NCBI GenBank assembly: GCA_030704615.1
Contig: CM060733.1
Coordinates: forward strand, 66,712,001-66,776,000
Length of the DNA: 64,000 nt
From: Takakia lepidozioides
Taxonomy: Eukaryota > Plantae > Bryophyta
Reading direction: 5' to 3'
Below the pieces are notes generated by a model. The model was not told the DNA's origin. It ran no database searches and worked only from the letters and a program-made list of their open reading frames with translations. Positions 22,966 to 35,267 of the stretch are shown in pieces; position 1 is the stretch's first letter; every line of letters begins with the position of its first letter. The position numbers and the translations under genes are program-made.

Positions 22966-25666
22966 TGAGAGATGGAAAATTGTGCGGCGTCCTGGACATA
23001 GAACTGCGCCGCTATGCTCAGTCCCCAGTAGTGCCACAAGCCCTTGTCTTACATGATCCTCGTGGTGTGGGCAAGCGTATTTCCATCGAAGGTTAGCCTG
23101 GCCTTCATATATATGCAATTTATACTTTGGTTTTCTTTATACATCTCTTTGTACTGTGCAGATAGGATATACGGTGGCAGAATCAATTCATTCCCAGAAC
23201 TGTTGCTCAAAATGCAAAAGTGATACTTGTATTCCCGGTGAATCTGGGAAGTTCCTGCTGTATGCTGGCCAGTGCCACTGTGCCTGGTGTAGGTAATGCT
23301 GCATAGCAGCACTCCTGGTTGAAGAATCTGACAAGGATGAGCAGTCTCTGAAATAGAGTGGTGTCTCCCTCCCTTCTTATAGTATGATGGGCAGGAGAAA
23401 AGGGCTGTCATTCTGCTGCACTTCATGTTATTTGCCTACTGCTCATATCTTCTGTGTCTGTATGTGAGGGGGAGAGAGAAAGAAGAAACTTCATCACTTC
23501 CGGGGGCCCAGCGGAGGTGGGAGAGAGACCCTTGCACGTCCAAGAACACTTCGCTTTGATGCAGCTGACTGCCAGGAGTGGAGAAGGTCCATGCTGTTGC
23601 ATATGTCGACCTCTGTCCACAACAAAGAGCTCCAAGTGAAGGAGGCTGCACTCCTCCATGGATGCTGACCAAGGAAAGTGTTGCCTTGACTGAAGATGGG
23701 ATATACAAAAGCCAGTATGACTTAGGGAAGGTCCGTCAGCACCTGGAGCAAGCCCTTGAATCTCTTGCACTAGAAGCAGTGGAAGCGGGTTGTCTGAACA
23801 GTCAGACGGTTTTGAAGGGGCTTCTTGATCATCGTGCAATTGACGGGGCATTGTCCCGATTTCTACATCGAGCCACGAATGGTGTACACTCCGATGACAT
23901 TGGCTCCATTAGTACGAAACGGATGTGGAAGGAAGCTCTCAGGCCTATGTCAGCAATCTCAGGTCACCTCCCAACAGTGGCAGGGACCCAAAAAATGCGC
24001 TGGAATCTAGAGTCCACCTAAAAGGTATGGTTACAAGGATACTCTAGCTGTGATTTTGTCTTCTAACATGGATGGCAAGGTCAGTATCTTTTACACCCCT
24101 TGTGCTTCCTCATACTGCTGCCTGTTGGTAGACAGACTGACAGGCTCCTAAACAAAGTCCCCTGGAGCTCTCTTCTATACAGCTCTCTTCCCTTGCACTT
24201 CTTTAGCACATGAGAGCTTAGTCAATTGATGTGACATGGGCCAGCCGAAGTTGGTGATTCATGCTATGGATGTAATGCGGAAAGCTGCACTGGATAGAGG
24301 AGGTGTGGATGGTGCAGCATATCATGACGGTTTGCTGCTGCATCTCGTTAGAATGGGCATCACCCAAGGCTGCCTTCCTATCATTCTTGTCTCATCCGAC
24401 AGGTGCACCCCCATCATGGTTCTTGAGTCCCACAGAGTATTTTCGGACAGGATGTGTTCTCTCTCTGTCCGTCTTTCAGTATGATTGGCAATACAACCTT
24501 TCAAGGGTATGCCATAGCCATCATTCAGGGGAATGTCAATGAGGACATTCTCTTGCTCCCTCTCCTTTTCCACCAGCATGCTTACAACCTTTCGTTTGGA
24601 CTTTTTAAAGCACTGCACACTAAGAAAGGGTTCAGCTTAGGGGCCAACAGAACTTTCTACGAGGCTGTGTATAGAAAGTGGACTCACAACTTTTTTATGG
24701 CGTGCAGTTATTATTCGTGGCAGCTATATGAAGATTTTGGTGACAATGATGTGTTCATTTCTCGCGAGGTAATGCTTTCTCCAAGTTGTTGATAGACAGA
24801 AAGTGCAGATATATCTGGAAACTGGATGGAATAGAGGATGGAGGAATACTTGTTAAATTGATTGATTCATAGAGGGTGTGGATATTTACCAAATAAGGTG
24901 GTGATTAGAGGGTAGGAGATATAAAATAGTAGGGAAAATTTTGTATCCTGTGAGAGAAGGACATATACAGTTTGATGTCGAGGTAGGGGATTCCATGCAT
25001 ATAAGAGTTTTTGGAATACAGGCTTTGGATTTCTTTGGCGACTTGAAGCCAAGCTATCCTTATGTAATCTGGCTCAGCTTGTTATTCATATGTTCTTGGG
25101 CTTGCGGGAATCCTTAGAGTGGACTCAGGAAGGATCTGTCCAAGGCCTGGGCAAGCTGTGAGACATGCCTTTTGGATGTGTAATTTGCCAGACTGGGCGT
25201 CATCTGCTTTGGAATCCCACTGTGGGCATTGGCAAGCATGCCATGTTCGATATTCTCCAGTTTGGAATAGGGTTCTCGTCATGGAAGTCCACAATACTTT
25301 TTGCAAAGGGAAAAGGGATGTGCAGGTTTTTGGATGGACCGCGCAAGAACCAGCACTTCATTTGGTCCCTGGTGTGGTCAGTGAAGCTGAGGTAGGTCTT
25401 TTCTTAGTCCCACTTTCTGTTAGGGCTCTCTGGAATCACTTGTACAGGATAATTTTTTTTGGAAAACTTGAGTAGACAGAAGGATCCAAGCAAGTTAATC
25501 TGATGGTTTGAACTTGAGGTGCTATGCAATCATATGTGAAAGGGACAAGAACTGACCCAGTTGTGAATTGGATTGTGCAGTGGCGAGCTGTGTCAGGTGT
25601 ATTGGGCCCCAATCCACGCCATCTCGTAGAGCTACAGTCCATAAGACAAAGTCATGTCTTCTCTGA
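22966..25666 (+). pseudogene. Pseudogene of a conserved plant P-loop NTPase-like protein (3'-truncated)
   Basis: Exons ~22966-23091 (RWKIV.RP..VPQALVLHDPRGVGK, degenerate Walker A), 23565-24402 (VAYVDL..QPKLVIHAMDV..YHDGLL..CLPIILVSSD), 24708-24768 (YYSWQLYEDFG..FISRE), 25326-25391 (VFGWTAQEPALHLVP) and 25581-25666 (WRAVSGVLGPNPRHLVEL). Matches my recollection of an angiosperm protein with VPQPLILHGPRGVGKT..QPKLV..CLPVVFVTSDSYYS..FISRETFGW. Frameshifts and stops present. Confidence 0.78.
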
Positions 25667-27570
25667 GTATGTGACACGTCCCTTTGTTAAACCAATGACC
25701 CCCCTTTTAATGTGGTTTTTGAACCAGTGACCATTGCAGAGAAGCATGCATGGGTAGTCCCGAGAACAGCGAGCAATTTTGCCAAACCTGACATATTCAT
25801 GACTTTCATTCGTCAAGAATGCACAGGACAAGTTTCTCCCAGCCAAGCCCGTTATTTTGCCAAGCCAGTTAATCTGATGTGGCTCCTCGATCACAGTTAG
25901 CAAGTGAGCAGGTATGGAACATTTTTAATGGCCAAAATCGCAGCACACTGTCAATAAGAAAGATGAGCTCTCACCCAGCATGCAACATAGATCGGCTGCA
26001 GATAAGCAGGGGAAAGCATGGATTGCAAAATACCACATGCATTCCATAACTACCGCGATATCCACCAGTAGCCAGTGCCTTAAATCACACCCGTGCGGAG
26101 GTTATGTTTGAAATGTAGTGTTCCTCATTTGACTGATTTTTCATACACACTGGCTTAGTTTTGTTTTGGGGTGTTATATTATAATTGATTTGTCTTGATA
26201 TATCTTCAAATTATGTCTACGTACTAAGTGACATTGACCATTGTTGACTTTAGGATTGCAAAGGGGTTACCATCAGTGTTACTATTATTATTTAAAAACA
26301 GGGGACAGAGGCCCTGAAATGCATCAACTGCATTTTAGGATACATCAACTGCCACCAAGCCTTTTTGGCTAGACTTCGAAAAGGGTTTTTCCCACAAAAT
26401 AAAATCTTTATTACCTAGTATTATGGCTAAAGCTGGATAACGGTTTATCCACAAAAACAAATAAAAAAGTATTACTTGGCATGATGGCTAAAGCTGGAAA
26501 AGGATTTGGGAACAAGTATAGTCCACACTAGCAACTCATTTTACTTTGGGTTTGAAACATAGTTTGATCCATTTTTTTATTTTTTTTAATTGTTCCAAAC
26601 CAAATTCTTACTCTTAAGGTTTCATTTAAGTTTTTAGGTTCTTAAAGTATTTATCTTTAAGTATTCAATCTGGCATTGGGTGTTGGTACTGATGTGAGTC
26701 GCGGGTGTTTCCCTTTTCTGAAAAACAAAAAAACAAAAAAGGTACTGATATCATGATGTTGCATTCGAAAAATTGTAGCTTTTGAATATTTTTAGTATTT
26801 GTATCTTCTTTATGTTATGTCCTACCCGTCTTCTAAAATCTAATCTCTACTAAATACACAAATATACCCTACTCAATTGTTTATATTTTCCTTAAGCTTG
26901 GGCTACACTATATGCCCATGGGTATCAGTATGTTCAATTAGAAATTGTACAGGTTTTCAAGTTTCTTCAATGTTTGTTTCTCTTGTCATAAACCCTAAAA
27001 CCTAATTCATGATCCTAATCACAAAACCCTAGATCCTAAAACCCAAATCTACCGTATTCAGCTTTCATATTTCATTGCAGCCTTGGGTTGATACTTGATA
27101 CACCATATGGATGGGTATGGGGAATTGGAAATTCTATAGGTTTTCAAGTTTCTTCAATATCTGTTTCTCTTGCCATAAACCCTCTTGGCTCTTCCTAGTC
27201 ATTATATACCGTAAACCCTAAAACCTAAATCTACCATATTTAGTATATTCAGCCTTGGGTTACACCATATGGATGGATATGTTGATTTGAAAATTTTATA
27301 GGTTTTCCAGTTTCTCTAATATATATATATATATATATAATCTTGTTTTAAGGTTTAGGGCAAGAGAAACCCTAAACCATAAAATCTAATTCATAATCGT
27401 AATCCTGATGAATCCTAATCCCCGTTCCCATTGTATTAAGCTTTTATAATGTATTTTCAGAAACAAAGTTGAAGTGTTAAAAAGTTTGGTTTCTTGGATA
27501 TTTTATAGCATTACAGTGACTTAGATGATAAATGATAATCCCTATTCCAATTGTACTAAGCTTTTATAAT

Positions 27571-28943
27571 CACTAGAAAGAAAATGCTGAATAACCACTC
27601 TGGTAACCACTCATTTTCAATGGTAAAAGGCACCCAACCACTCTGGCCCCAGAGTGGTTAAGAACTAGTGGATCTTGACGTGGCAGTGGTAAAAGACATG
27701 ACGTGTCCAAAGTGGTTAAGGACAATGGTTACGATCACTTGCCCACCTGTTTGCTGACATGTCACAGTGGTAAACTAACCACTTCACAACATAATGATTC
27801 CAACCACTTCTACCGTATGCGACGTGGACGCAGCAAATCCGTCGATCATACTTAGCAATGGACGGATGTCCTTATTCACATGATACGTGGACGAATCCAG
27901 CTAGACGGTTATGTTGACCATTAGCTGGACACGTGACCATATTACAAATGAACATGTGTCATATTTTAGGGATGTGCTGAAAAATGTAATGACTTCACAC
28001 AAACAACTCTGTGAGTGAGCACTAAATGACTCCAATAGTCATGAAATAAGAATAAACAATGTATATTATCGCTAAATGAGTGGTTCTACCAGTATTGATG
28101 TAGTGGTTAGGTTGTGTGCTAAAGCCAGTACTGACTGACTAAGTAGGAACCATGTATTTGAATTATTACTACTAGAGTGGTATGTAAGTGATTAGGGCTG
28201 CATCTGGAGGAGTACAACCACTCTTGCCTACTGTCACAGTCTTATATATACCACTAAATGAGTGGTGTGTAAGTGATTCATACATTCCCATACAATTCCC
28301 ATACATTCCAAGTGAATCTGCAAATCCAAATACTCTTGAAGATTCACCATTCAAAAAACAAAATAAAATCCAAGACAGTAAGTGCAAAAGGAGTGGTGAT
28401 GAAGGATCATACAGATGGACTCTGTCTTTCAACTTAAACTGCACCCAACACCCACCACAAAATGCATATGGATCAACCCATGAAGACATACATGTACTGA
28501 TGGTATTGAAAACTAGAGAACGAGGAAACGTCAACTACAATTAAAAACTGAAACTGTAGAGTACTTTTGGTAGCATAAGTGGATCTGTGACAGTGGCGGG
28601 GGATTGAAATTTGGGGGTTGGCTTTGATGCAGGCACAATTGGTGCACTGCATGTGGAATATGAAGAGCAGCTTTCTCAGCTTGCAAACATCACCCCCAAC
28701 ACCCATTAGCTGTCACATTCAGCAATGCCTTGTACCGAACATGGCTAAATGACTCCCACCTTATCCTTACTCCCACTAGATGCTGGTGTTATGTCGCCAA
28801 TTGCATCAGTTATTTTCAAAGTCTCTTTGGCAGCAGTGGCCCAGGTCACCAAGGTGTCTTTAACCACTAACGGTCTACCACTGTACCCGTCCACGTGGTA
28901 TATTATATTTATTAACAGCAATATATTACCAAATGATAAATCC

Positions 28944-28974
<31 letters not shown>

Positions 28975-29154
28975 TACACGTGGAGTACTAAGTGGTTGGA
29001 ACCACTTCCAACCACTCCATCTAATGCCACCGTGGCATTTCATCGGGATTAACCACCGGCCAGTGATTATCATTACTGGGGAGTGGTTTATAGAGTGGTA
29101 AAAGACATGAGTGGTTAAAGGGGCCAGTGGTTATTCCGCGTTTTCCTTCTAGTG
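27571..29154. mobile_element. Non-autonomous CACTA element
   Basis: TIRs CACTAGAAAGAAAATGCTGAATAACCACT / AGTGGTTATTCCGCGTTTTCCTTCTAGTG, 3-bp TSD AAT (27568-70, 29155-57) and AACCACT/AGTGGTT subterminal repeats. The neighbouring repeat at 27441 shows the empty site. Confidence 0.93.
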
Positions 29155-29549
29155 AATTTATTTTCAGAAAACGAAGTTGAAGTGCTAAAAAGTTTGGTTT
29201 CGTGGATATTTAATAGCATTACAGTGACTTAGATGATCCCTTACTGGCATATTTATGCAAAATTACACAAGTTCAAACTTCTTCAGCAAAGTTTTGAGAT
29301 TTGGCCAAGGAAATTACTCTAAATTACTTTTCATTTCAACTTGGTACACATTGTGCTAGTCAACATCGTACTCACTCGTGCTAGAGCCTAGTACAAACCA
29401 AAATCGAAAATAAATTATAAGAGCTTAGTATAATTGAGATAGGGTTTAGGACCTTGGAAAAAACAATTAAAATACAAATGTGAAAGAATATTTTAGAATG
29501 CACGTGATGGTACAAACTTTTCATTTTAACATGGTACGCAATCAATCAT

Positions 29550-30223
29550 TAGGGATAAACCTGCTCTCACATTTGAATGTTCACCACTGGCTAATAGGGG
29601 GTGACTTTAACATGGTTGAGGAGGAGACTGACCGTTTGGGCCAATCCACACACAGTCTGTCTACTGTCGAAATAAACTTTTGGGATGCTTTGTGTATGGC
29701 CGTTGGTCTGTTAGATGCTACTACCCCAAGGCAAAGGGAGCTCAAGCTCACCTGGTCAAACAATAGAAACCCACCAAGCTTATGTCAGGCCCGTCTAGAT
29801 AGATTATATTGCTCTGCCGCTCTGCTGGGATGGTCAAAAAGTGTACCAATCGAATCAATCCACCCTGGCTTTGACCACTCCACCATCCACATCCTGCTGC
29901 ACACCATGGGCTCAAGAGTCAGAGGCAGGGGCTTCTTCAAATGAAACCCATCCATCTTGGAAGACTCGCCGGTGGTCCAAACTTTGCAGAATGCCTGGTC
30001 ATGATCTACAGTCCCCCCCTTTCTCCTCATCCACTCTACTCTTCCTCTCTAAACTCCAAATTCTTAGAAACCTATGTCAAGAGATCTCCAAGAAAAAAGC
30101 ACAGGAGAGGTCCCGTAGGAAGAAAGCCCTAATAAAGTGTCTGCAAGTGTGTCAGTACCAGCTACAATTGGGGCGTGAGGACCCACCGACATAGGTTTCA
30201 TACATCACGGCCAAAAGGAACCT
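29550..30223 (+). mobile_element. LINE ORF2 remnant, APE endonuclease end
   Basis: WLIGGDFNMVE..LTWSN..QARLDRLY..FDHSTI..FFK motifs. Confidence 0.85.
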
Positions 30224-31920
30224 TGTCGTAGGGCATACATATCGCTACACAACTACATCATTGTCCAAAACCACACAACATATGTGCACACCAAACACTA
30301 GTCTATCACTAGTCCACCACTAGTGCACCACTAGGCTGCCACTAGACAACCACTAGTCACCACTAGTACAGTCACTAATCCACCACTAGGCTGCCGCTAG
30401 CCACCACTAGTGCAACCACTAGGCTGCCACTAGCCACCACTAGTGCAGCCACTAGTCCACCACTAGGCTGCCACTAGCCACCACTAGTGCAGCCACTAGT
30501 CCACCACTAGGCTGCCCCTAGCCACCACTAGTGCAACCACTAGGCTGCCACTAGCCACCACTAGTGCAGCCACTAGTCCACCACTAGTGATGCCACTAGT
30601 CCAACCACTAGGCTGTCACTAGCCACCACTAGTGCAACCACTAGTCCACCACTAGGCTGCCACTAGCCACCACTAGTGCAGCCACTAGTCCATCACAATG
30701 ATAAGGAAAGGAATGATACAAGCATACAAGCTCTCTCAAACTCACACACTTGCACATGAAAACATCACTCATATATTAAGTCGAACCAAGTGCACCCCAC
30801 GCCATGGGGAATCCATACTACGGCGCCATAGCTAGACGCGGTGAGGTTCAACTCGAGAAAGATGAGCCCACCGCGATCTGCCGTGAAGATAACAACGCCA
30901 GGTGCCCAAACATGTATTGGCCTCTGGATTGACACTTGGGTCAATCCCAAATATCAATATATAAAAGCTAGCTATTTCCTAGCTAACTTCACACCAGTGG
31001 TAAAATAACTTGACAGCTGTCGTGCGCATACATATCGCTACACAACTACATCGTTGTCCAAAACCACACAACATATGTGCACACCAAACACTAGTCTATC
31101 ACTAGTCCACCACTAGTGCACCACTAGGCTGCCACTAGACAACCACTAGTGCAGCCACTAGTCCACCACTAGTGCAACCACTATGCTGCCACTAGGCTGC
31201 CACTAGCCACCACTAGTGCAGCCACCAATCTCCATCAGGAACCCTCTCAAGAGGTGGTGTCAAGCATCCCATGTGCCAACCTCTTGAGCATCGATCACAC
31301 ACCAGCATAGTGGCGGCACCACGAGCATGCCCACATAGCATGCAACGCAACCTTGCAGGTACCACTGCAAGGGTGGGATCTATCCTCTCATCCACATGTG
31401 GAAGGTGACATGGCGCACAATTGCGCACATGATCCTTCCATACCATGCCATCTCGACCCTCCAGAATCAACACTCCTGAAGGTAACACCTCCCTGACCCT
31501 TAGAATCACACGTCCTGCTGTGACATCCAAGGTCGTAGGCGTTGTCTGCTGCAGATACACATAGTCTCCACGGTGGAAATGCCGAACACCTGGCCGATAT
31601 CCCTCTCCACGTATAGTGACATACCTCAATGTGTCTCGGTGTTGGGCAATAGCAAGATTCTCAAAAGCCATAGGCATGACTCTCTTGAACAACTCTGCCC
31701 ACTGGGCACATGCTTGTGTCCACACATCCGGATCATCAAGGTTGAGGACTACTGCAGCCTCCCTGCGAATAGACGCAAGCAAATCTGGCTCTCGGCCAAA
31801 GAGAATGAAGTATGGTGAGAAGGAGGCAAGTGATGCTTGCTTGCTAAACCCGTAGCCCATGGCTAGCCAAGGTACCTGAAGATCCCAATCTCCTAGGTGT
31901 CCCTTTTGCAAGCCATACTG
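30224..31920 (-). mobile_element. Ty3/gypsy fragment: integrase C-terminus with PHD finger, partial LTR (31018-31220) and full LTR (30224-31015) with CCACTAG minisatellite
   Basis: ORF 31213-31911: WDLQVPWLAMGY..SPYFILFGREP..CMLC..MLVCDRCSRGWHMGCLTPPLERVPDGDWW (PHD). LTR bounded by TGTCGT...TTGACA; 31018-31210 repeats 30224-30420. Confidence 0.85.
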
Positions 31921-31924
31921 CTAC

Positions 31925-32250
31925 AGGCAGGAGAGTCCCATACATTGCTAGGGCATCAAATGGGGCCGAATCTTTCCCGGCATAGTACAATGAGTGATGT
32001 CACCTCAAAACTAAAAAAGAAGCTTGCCTTTTGGAGCTCTGCTATGCTATCTATTGTAGGGCGAGCTCTAGTGGTCAACCAGGTACTACACGCCTCCATC
32101 TGGTTCTTTGCTGCTGTCTGGACCCAGAATCCACCCTGGTCAAGGAGATAAGAAACCCTCATTCGAAACTTCTTGTGGGGAACCACACCCGCAGCCCCAG
32201 TAAGGCGGGCATTAGTTTCATGGGACCAGCTCTATCAAAAGAAAAAGCAA
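31925..32250 (+). mobile_element. LINE ORF2 remnant, post-RT region
   Basis: KLKKKLAFWSSAMLSIVGRALVVNQVLHASIWF..IRNFLWG..VSWDQL, typical of the L1/Tx1-type post-RT segment. Confidence 0.8.
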
Positions 32251-32435
32251 AGCCTACTCGCTTGTGTTAATATAAACCAAAACTGAAAATAAATTGTAAG
32301 AGCTTAGTACAATTGAGATAGGGTTTAAGGTAAGTAGAATATAAATATAATTTAGGAATTTTTCACGTGATGGTACAAACTTTCATTTCAACATAGTACT
32401 CAATTGTACTACATATTATAACCCACACTTGAAAA

Positions 32436-34060
32436 TCAATATATGAATCGAGACGTTTGTTTTGTTTGTTTGTTTGTAGCGTCATTGAGATCTCCCAAAC
32501 CGTGAGGCCCCGACGCTAGTGCTTGGTACCGTTGGAAAGCCCTCGATGAGGAGGGCGGCTTGGTCTCATGATTTTTGGACCAGCGGTGTGGGAGATGTTG
32601 AATTTCAAGTAGTTTTGGTCTCTGGAAATTCACAAAAAATAGCAAAGTGGGCTTTCCTGGGACAATGATCGGAGCCTCGACAGAAGAGATATCAAGGAAA
32701 AGGTCTCCGGTTCAAATCAGGTCGTAGGTTCTGTTAAAAATGATTAGACTTAGATGACTTAGTGACTTTGGACACTTGGGCCAACGGCACATGCTACCCT
32801 AGCAAAGTGGACTTTCCTAGAACAATGATTGGCCCTTCATGTGGGAGATTTGGAATTTCAAGTACATTTTGTCGCTGGAAATTCACGAAAAATAGCAAAG
32901 TGGATATATCAATAAATGAAGCCTCGACAGGGGAGATTGCAAAAATAGCAAAGTGGGCAATGACATGGAGATCTCCCAAACTGTAGGTCTTCAAGGATAC
33001 ATAGGGGATTGCACTTGGACTTAGATCACAGTTGACACTGGAGGTCACACTTATGCCTCTACATGGGAAAAGCACTTGGATACATAGGAGATTGCACTTG
33101 GACTTAGATCACAGTTGACACTGGAGGTCACACTTATGCCTCTACATGGGAAAAGCACTTGGATACATAGGAGATTGCACTTGGGCTTAGATTTCAACTA
33201 GGGTAGCCTGTGCCGTTGGCCCAAGTGTCAAGTGTCATCTAAGCCCAAGTGCAATCTCCAATGTATGCAAGTGCGTCTCAAATGTCGAGGCCCAAGTGCG
33301 ACCTCTAGGGTAGCCTCTGCCGTTGGCCCAAGGGTCCAATGTCATTTAAGTCCAAATGCATTTTTTTTCCACAAAGCCTATGACCAGATTTGAACCGGAG
33401 ACCTTTCCCTTGATATCCCTCCTCTCGAGGCTCCAACCATTGTCCCAGGAATTCCCACTTTGCTATTTTTCGGGAATTTCCAGCGACCCAAAGTACTTGA
33501 AATTCCACATCTCCCACACCGCATGTCCAAAAATCACGAGACCAAGCCCGTGCACCTCTCCTCGTCGAGGGCTTTCCAATGGTACCAAGCACCAGGGCTG
33601 GGGCCTCGCGGTTGGGGACATCTCAAATCTACAAAACAAACAAAATAAAACAAAACAAACGTCTCGCTTCATATATTGATTCCTCACATATGGGCCAATG
33701 GATGTAGGCTACCCTAGATCTACCAAACTTTAGGGTCTCTATATACATAGGGGATTGCACTTGGACTTAGATGACACTTGGGAAACTTGGGCCAATGGCA
33801 CAGATAGTCTACCCTCAATATATGAAGCAAACCAGTTTGTTTGTTTGTTTTGTTTGTTTTGTCACGTTGAGATGTCCCGAACCGCGGGGCCCTAGCCCTG
33901 GTTGCTGGTACCATTGGAAAGCCCTCGATGAGGAGGGGTGCACCGACTTGGTTTCATAATTTTGGGACTACGGTGTGGGAGATGTCGAATTTCAAATACT
34001 GTTGGTCGCTGCAAATTCGTGAAAAGTAGCAAAGTGGACTTTCCTGGAGCAATGATTGGT
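32436..34060. mobile_element. Cluster of short non-autonomous Helitron-like repeats in both orientations
   Basis: Copies 32436-32802 (+), 33305-33679 (-) and ~33815-34060 (+, cut by the LTR). They start TCAATATATGAA and end GGGCCAACGGCAC..GCTACCCTAG, with internal GGTACCRTTGGAAAGCCCTCGAYGAGGA. Confidence 0.6.
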
Positions 34061-35214
34061 TGTCGCGCACCTCACTTCTGTAAGCTGCCCTTCAAGTCAT
34101 AGTTACTCGTTTTGATGCGCGCACCTAACTCCCCGACTGGCCGCCGGGCCAACTCGGAGCTTCGGCTGCTCACCGGGACATAACGGTCCCCCTTTGCTCC
34201 TCCAACGACCCTCCACCAATTGGGACTAATGGAAATTCCCTTTGGTAGATGGCAGTCCGGAATAGCCCCCCACTCCTTGGTCGCTTTCCGGCTCGCTCGC
34301 TCACTCACTAGTTTTTGGTCACCAACGGGCTTGCACCGTTCTCGGGGTTACTACTCCCTATATATACTTCTGTGACTGTCGCGGGGGTTCCACAAAACAA
34401 CACCATCCTTTTATGGCGAACCACCACGAAGACCCTCGATTCCCGGTGATGAGTCGCGGTGAGTCTTGGCCCACCCACCACGGCCCCATTTGTCGCGGCC
34501 CTTTGCCTTGAGGGCAGGGGTCGGGACACATGAGGGGCTGCCCCTGTGGTGGGGGCAGCGGCAGCGATAGGTATGGGGGGCTGAAGCACCCTTGAGTGCC
34601 CAAGGCACTCAAGGAGGCGGAGGCGCTCACTAGGTGGAGCCCCGCACACCGGGTTGCGGTGGAGGTGGCTCCACAAGGGTGGTGGTAGCTTAGTGGGACT
34701 TAGTGGGGGTGGCATAGGACTCACCATGGGGTGGAGACCTCGAGGTGGGAGTCGTGGGGAGTCTTGGGACTCATCACGGTCCATTGGGGCCGCGGTGAGT
34801 GGGCCAAGACTCACCGCGACTCACCACCGGGAGTCGAGGGTTTTCGTGGTGGTTCGCCATAAAATGGCATGGCTGGTTATGAAACCCCCGCGGACAGCTA
34901 CAGAAGTATATATAGGGAGTAGTAACCCCGAGAACGGTGCAAGCCCGTTGGTGACCAAAAACTAGTGAGTAAGCGAGCGAGCCGGAAAGCGACCAAAGAG
35001 TGGGGAGCTGTTCCGGACTGCCATCTACCAAAGGGAATTCTCCTAGTCCCAAATAGGTGGAGGGTTTAGAGGGAAGCGGAAGGGGACCGTTATGTCCCGG
35101 TGAGCAGCCGAAACTCCAAGTTGGCCCGGCGGCCAGGTTGGGAGTCAGGCGCGCGCATCAAAGCGAGTAACTATGACTTGAAGGGGAGTTTACCGAACTG
35201 AGGTGTGCGACACT

Positions 35215-35226
35215 TGGTATCAGAGC
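35215..35226 (+). other. Primer-binding site complementary to initiator tRNA-Met
   Basis: TGGTATCAGAGC, 2 nt after the 5' LTR. Confidence 0.93.
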
Positions 35227-35267
35227 TTAGAGTTCAGTACGCGATCGTCCTTGGGATTGGCCTCATC

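Noticed and set aside
26985-27385. Interstitial telomere (AAACCCT-like runs)
   Set aside because: Scattered, degenerate single units within AT-rich repeats, not a tandem array.
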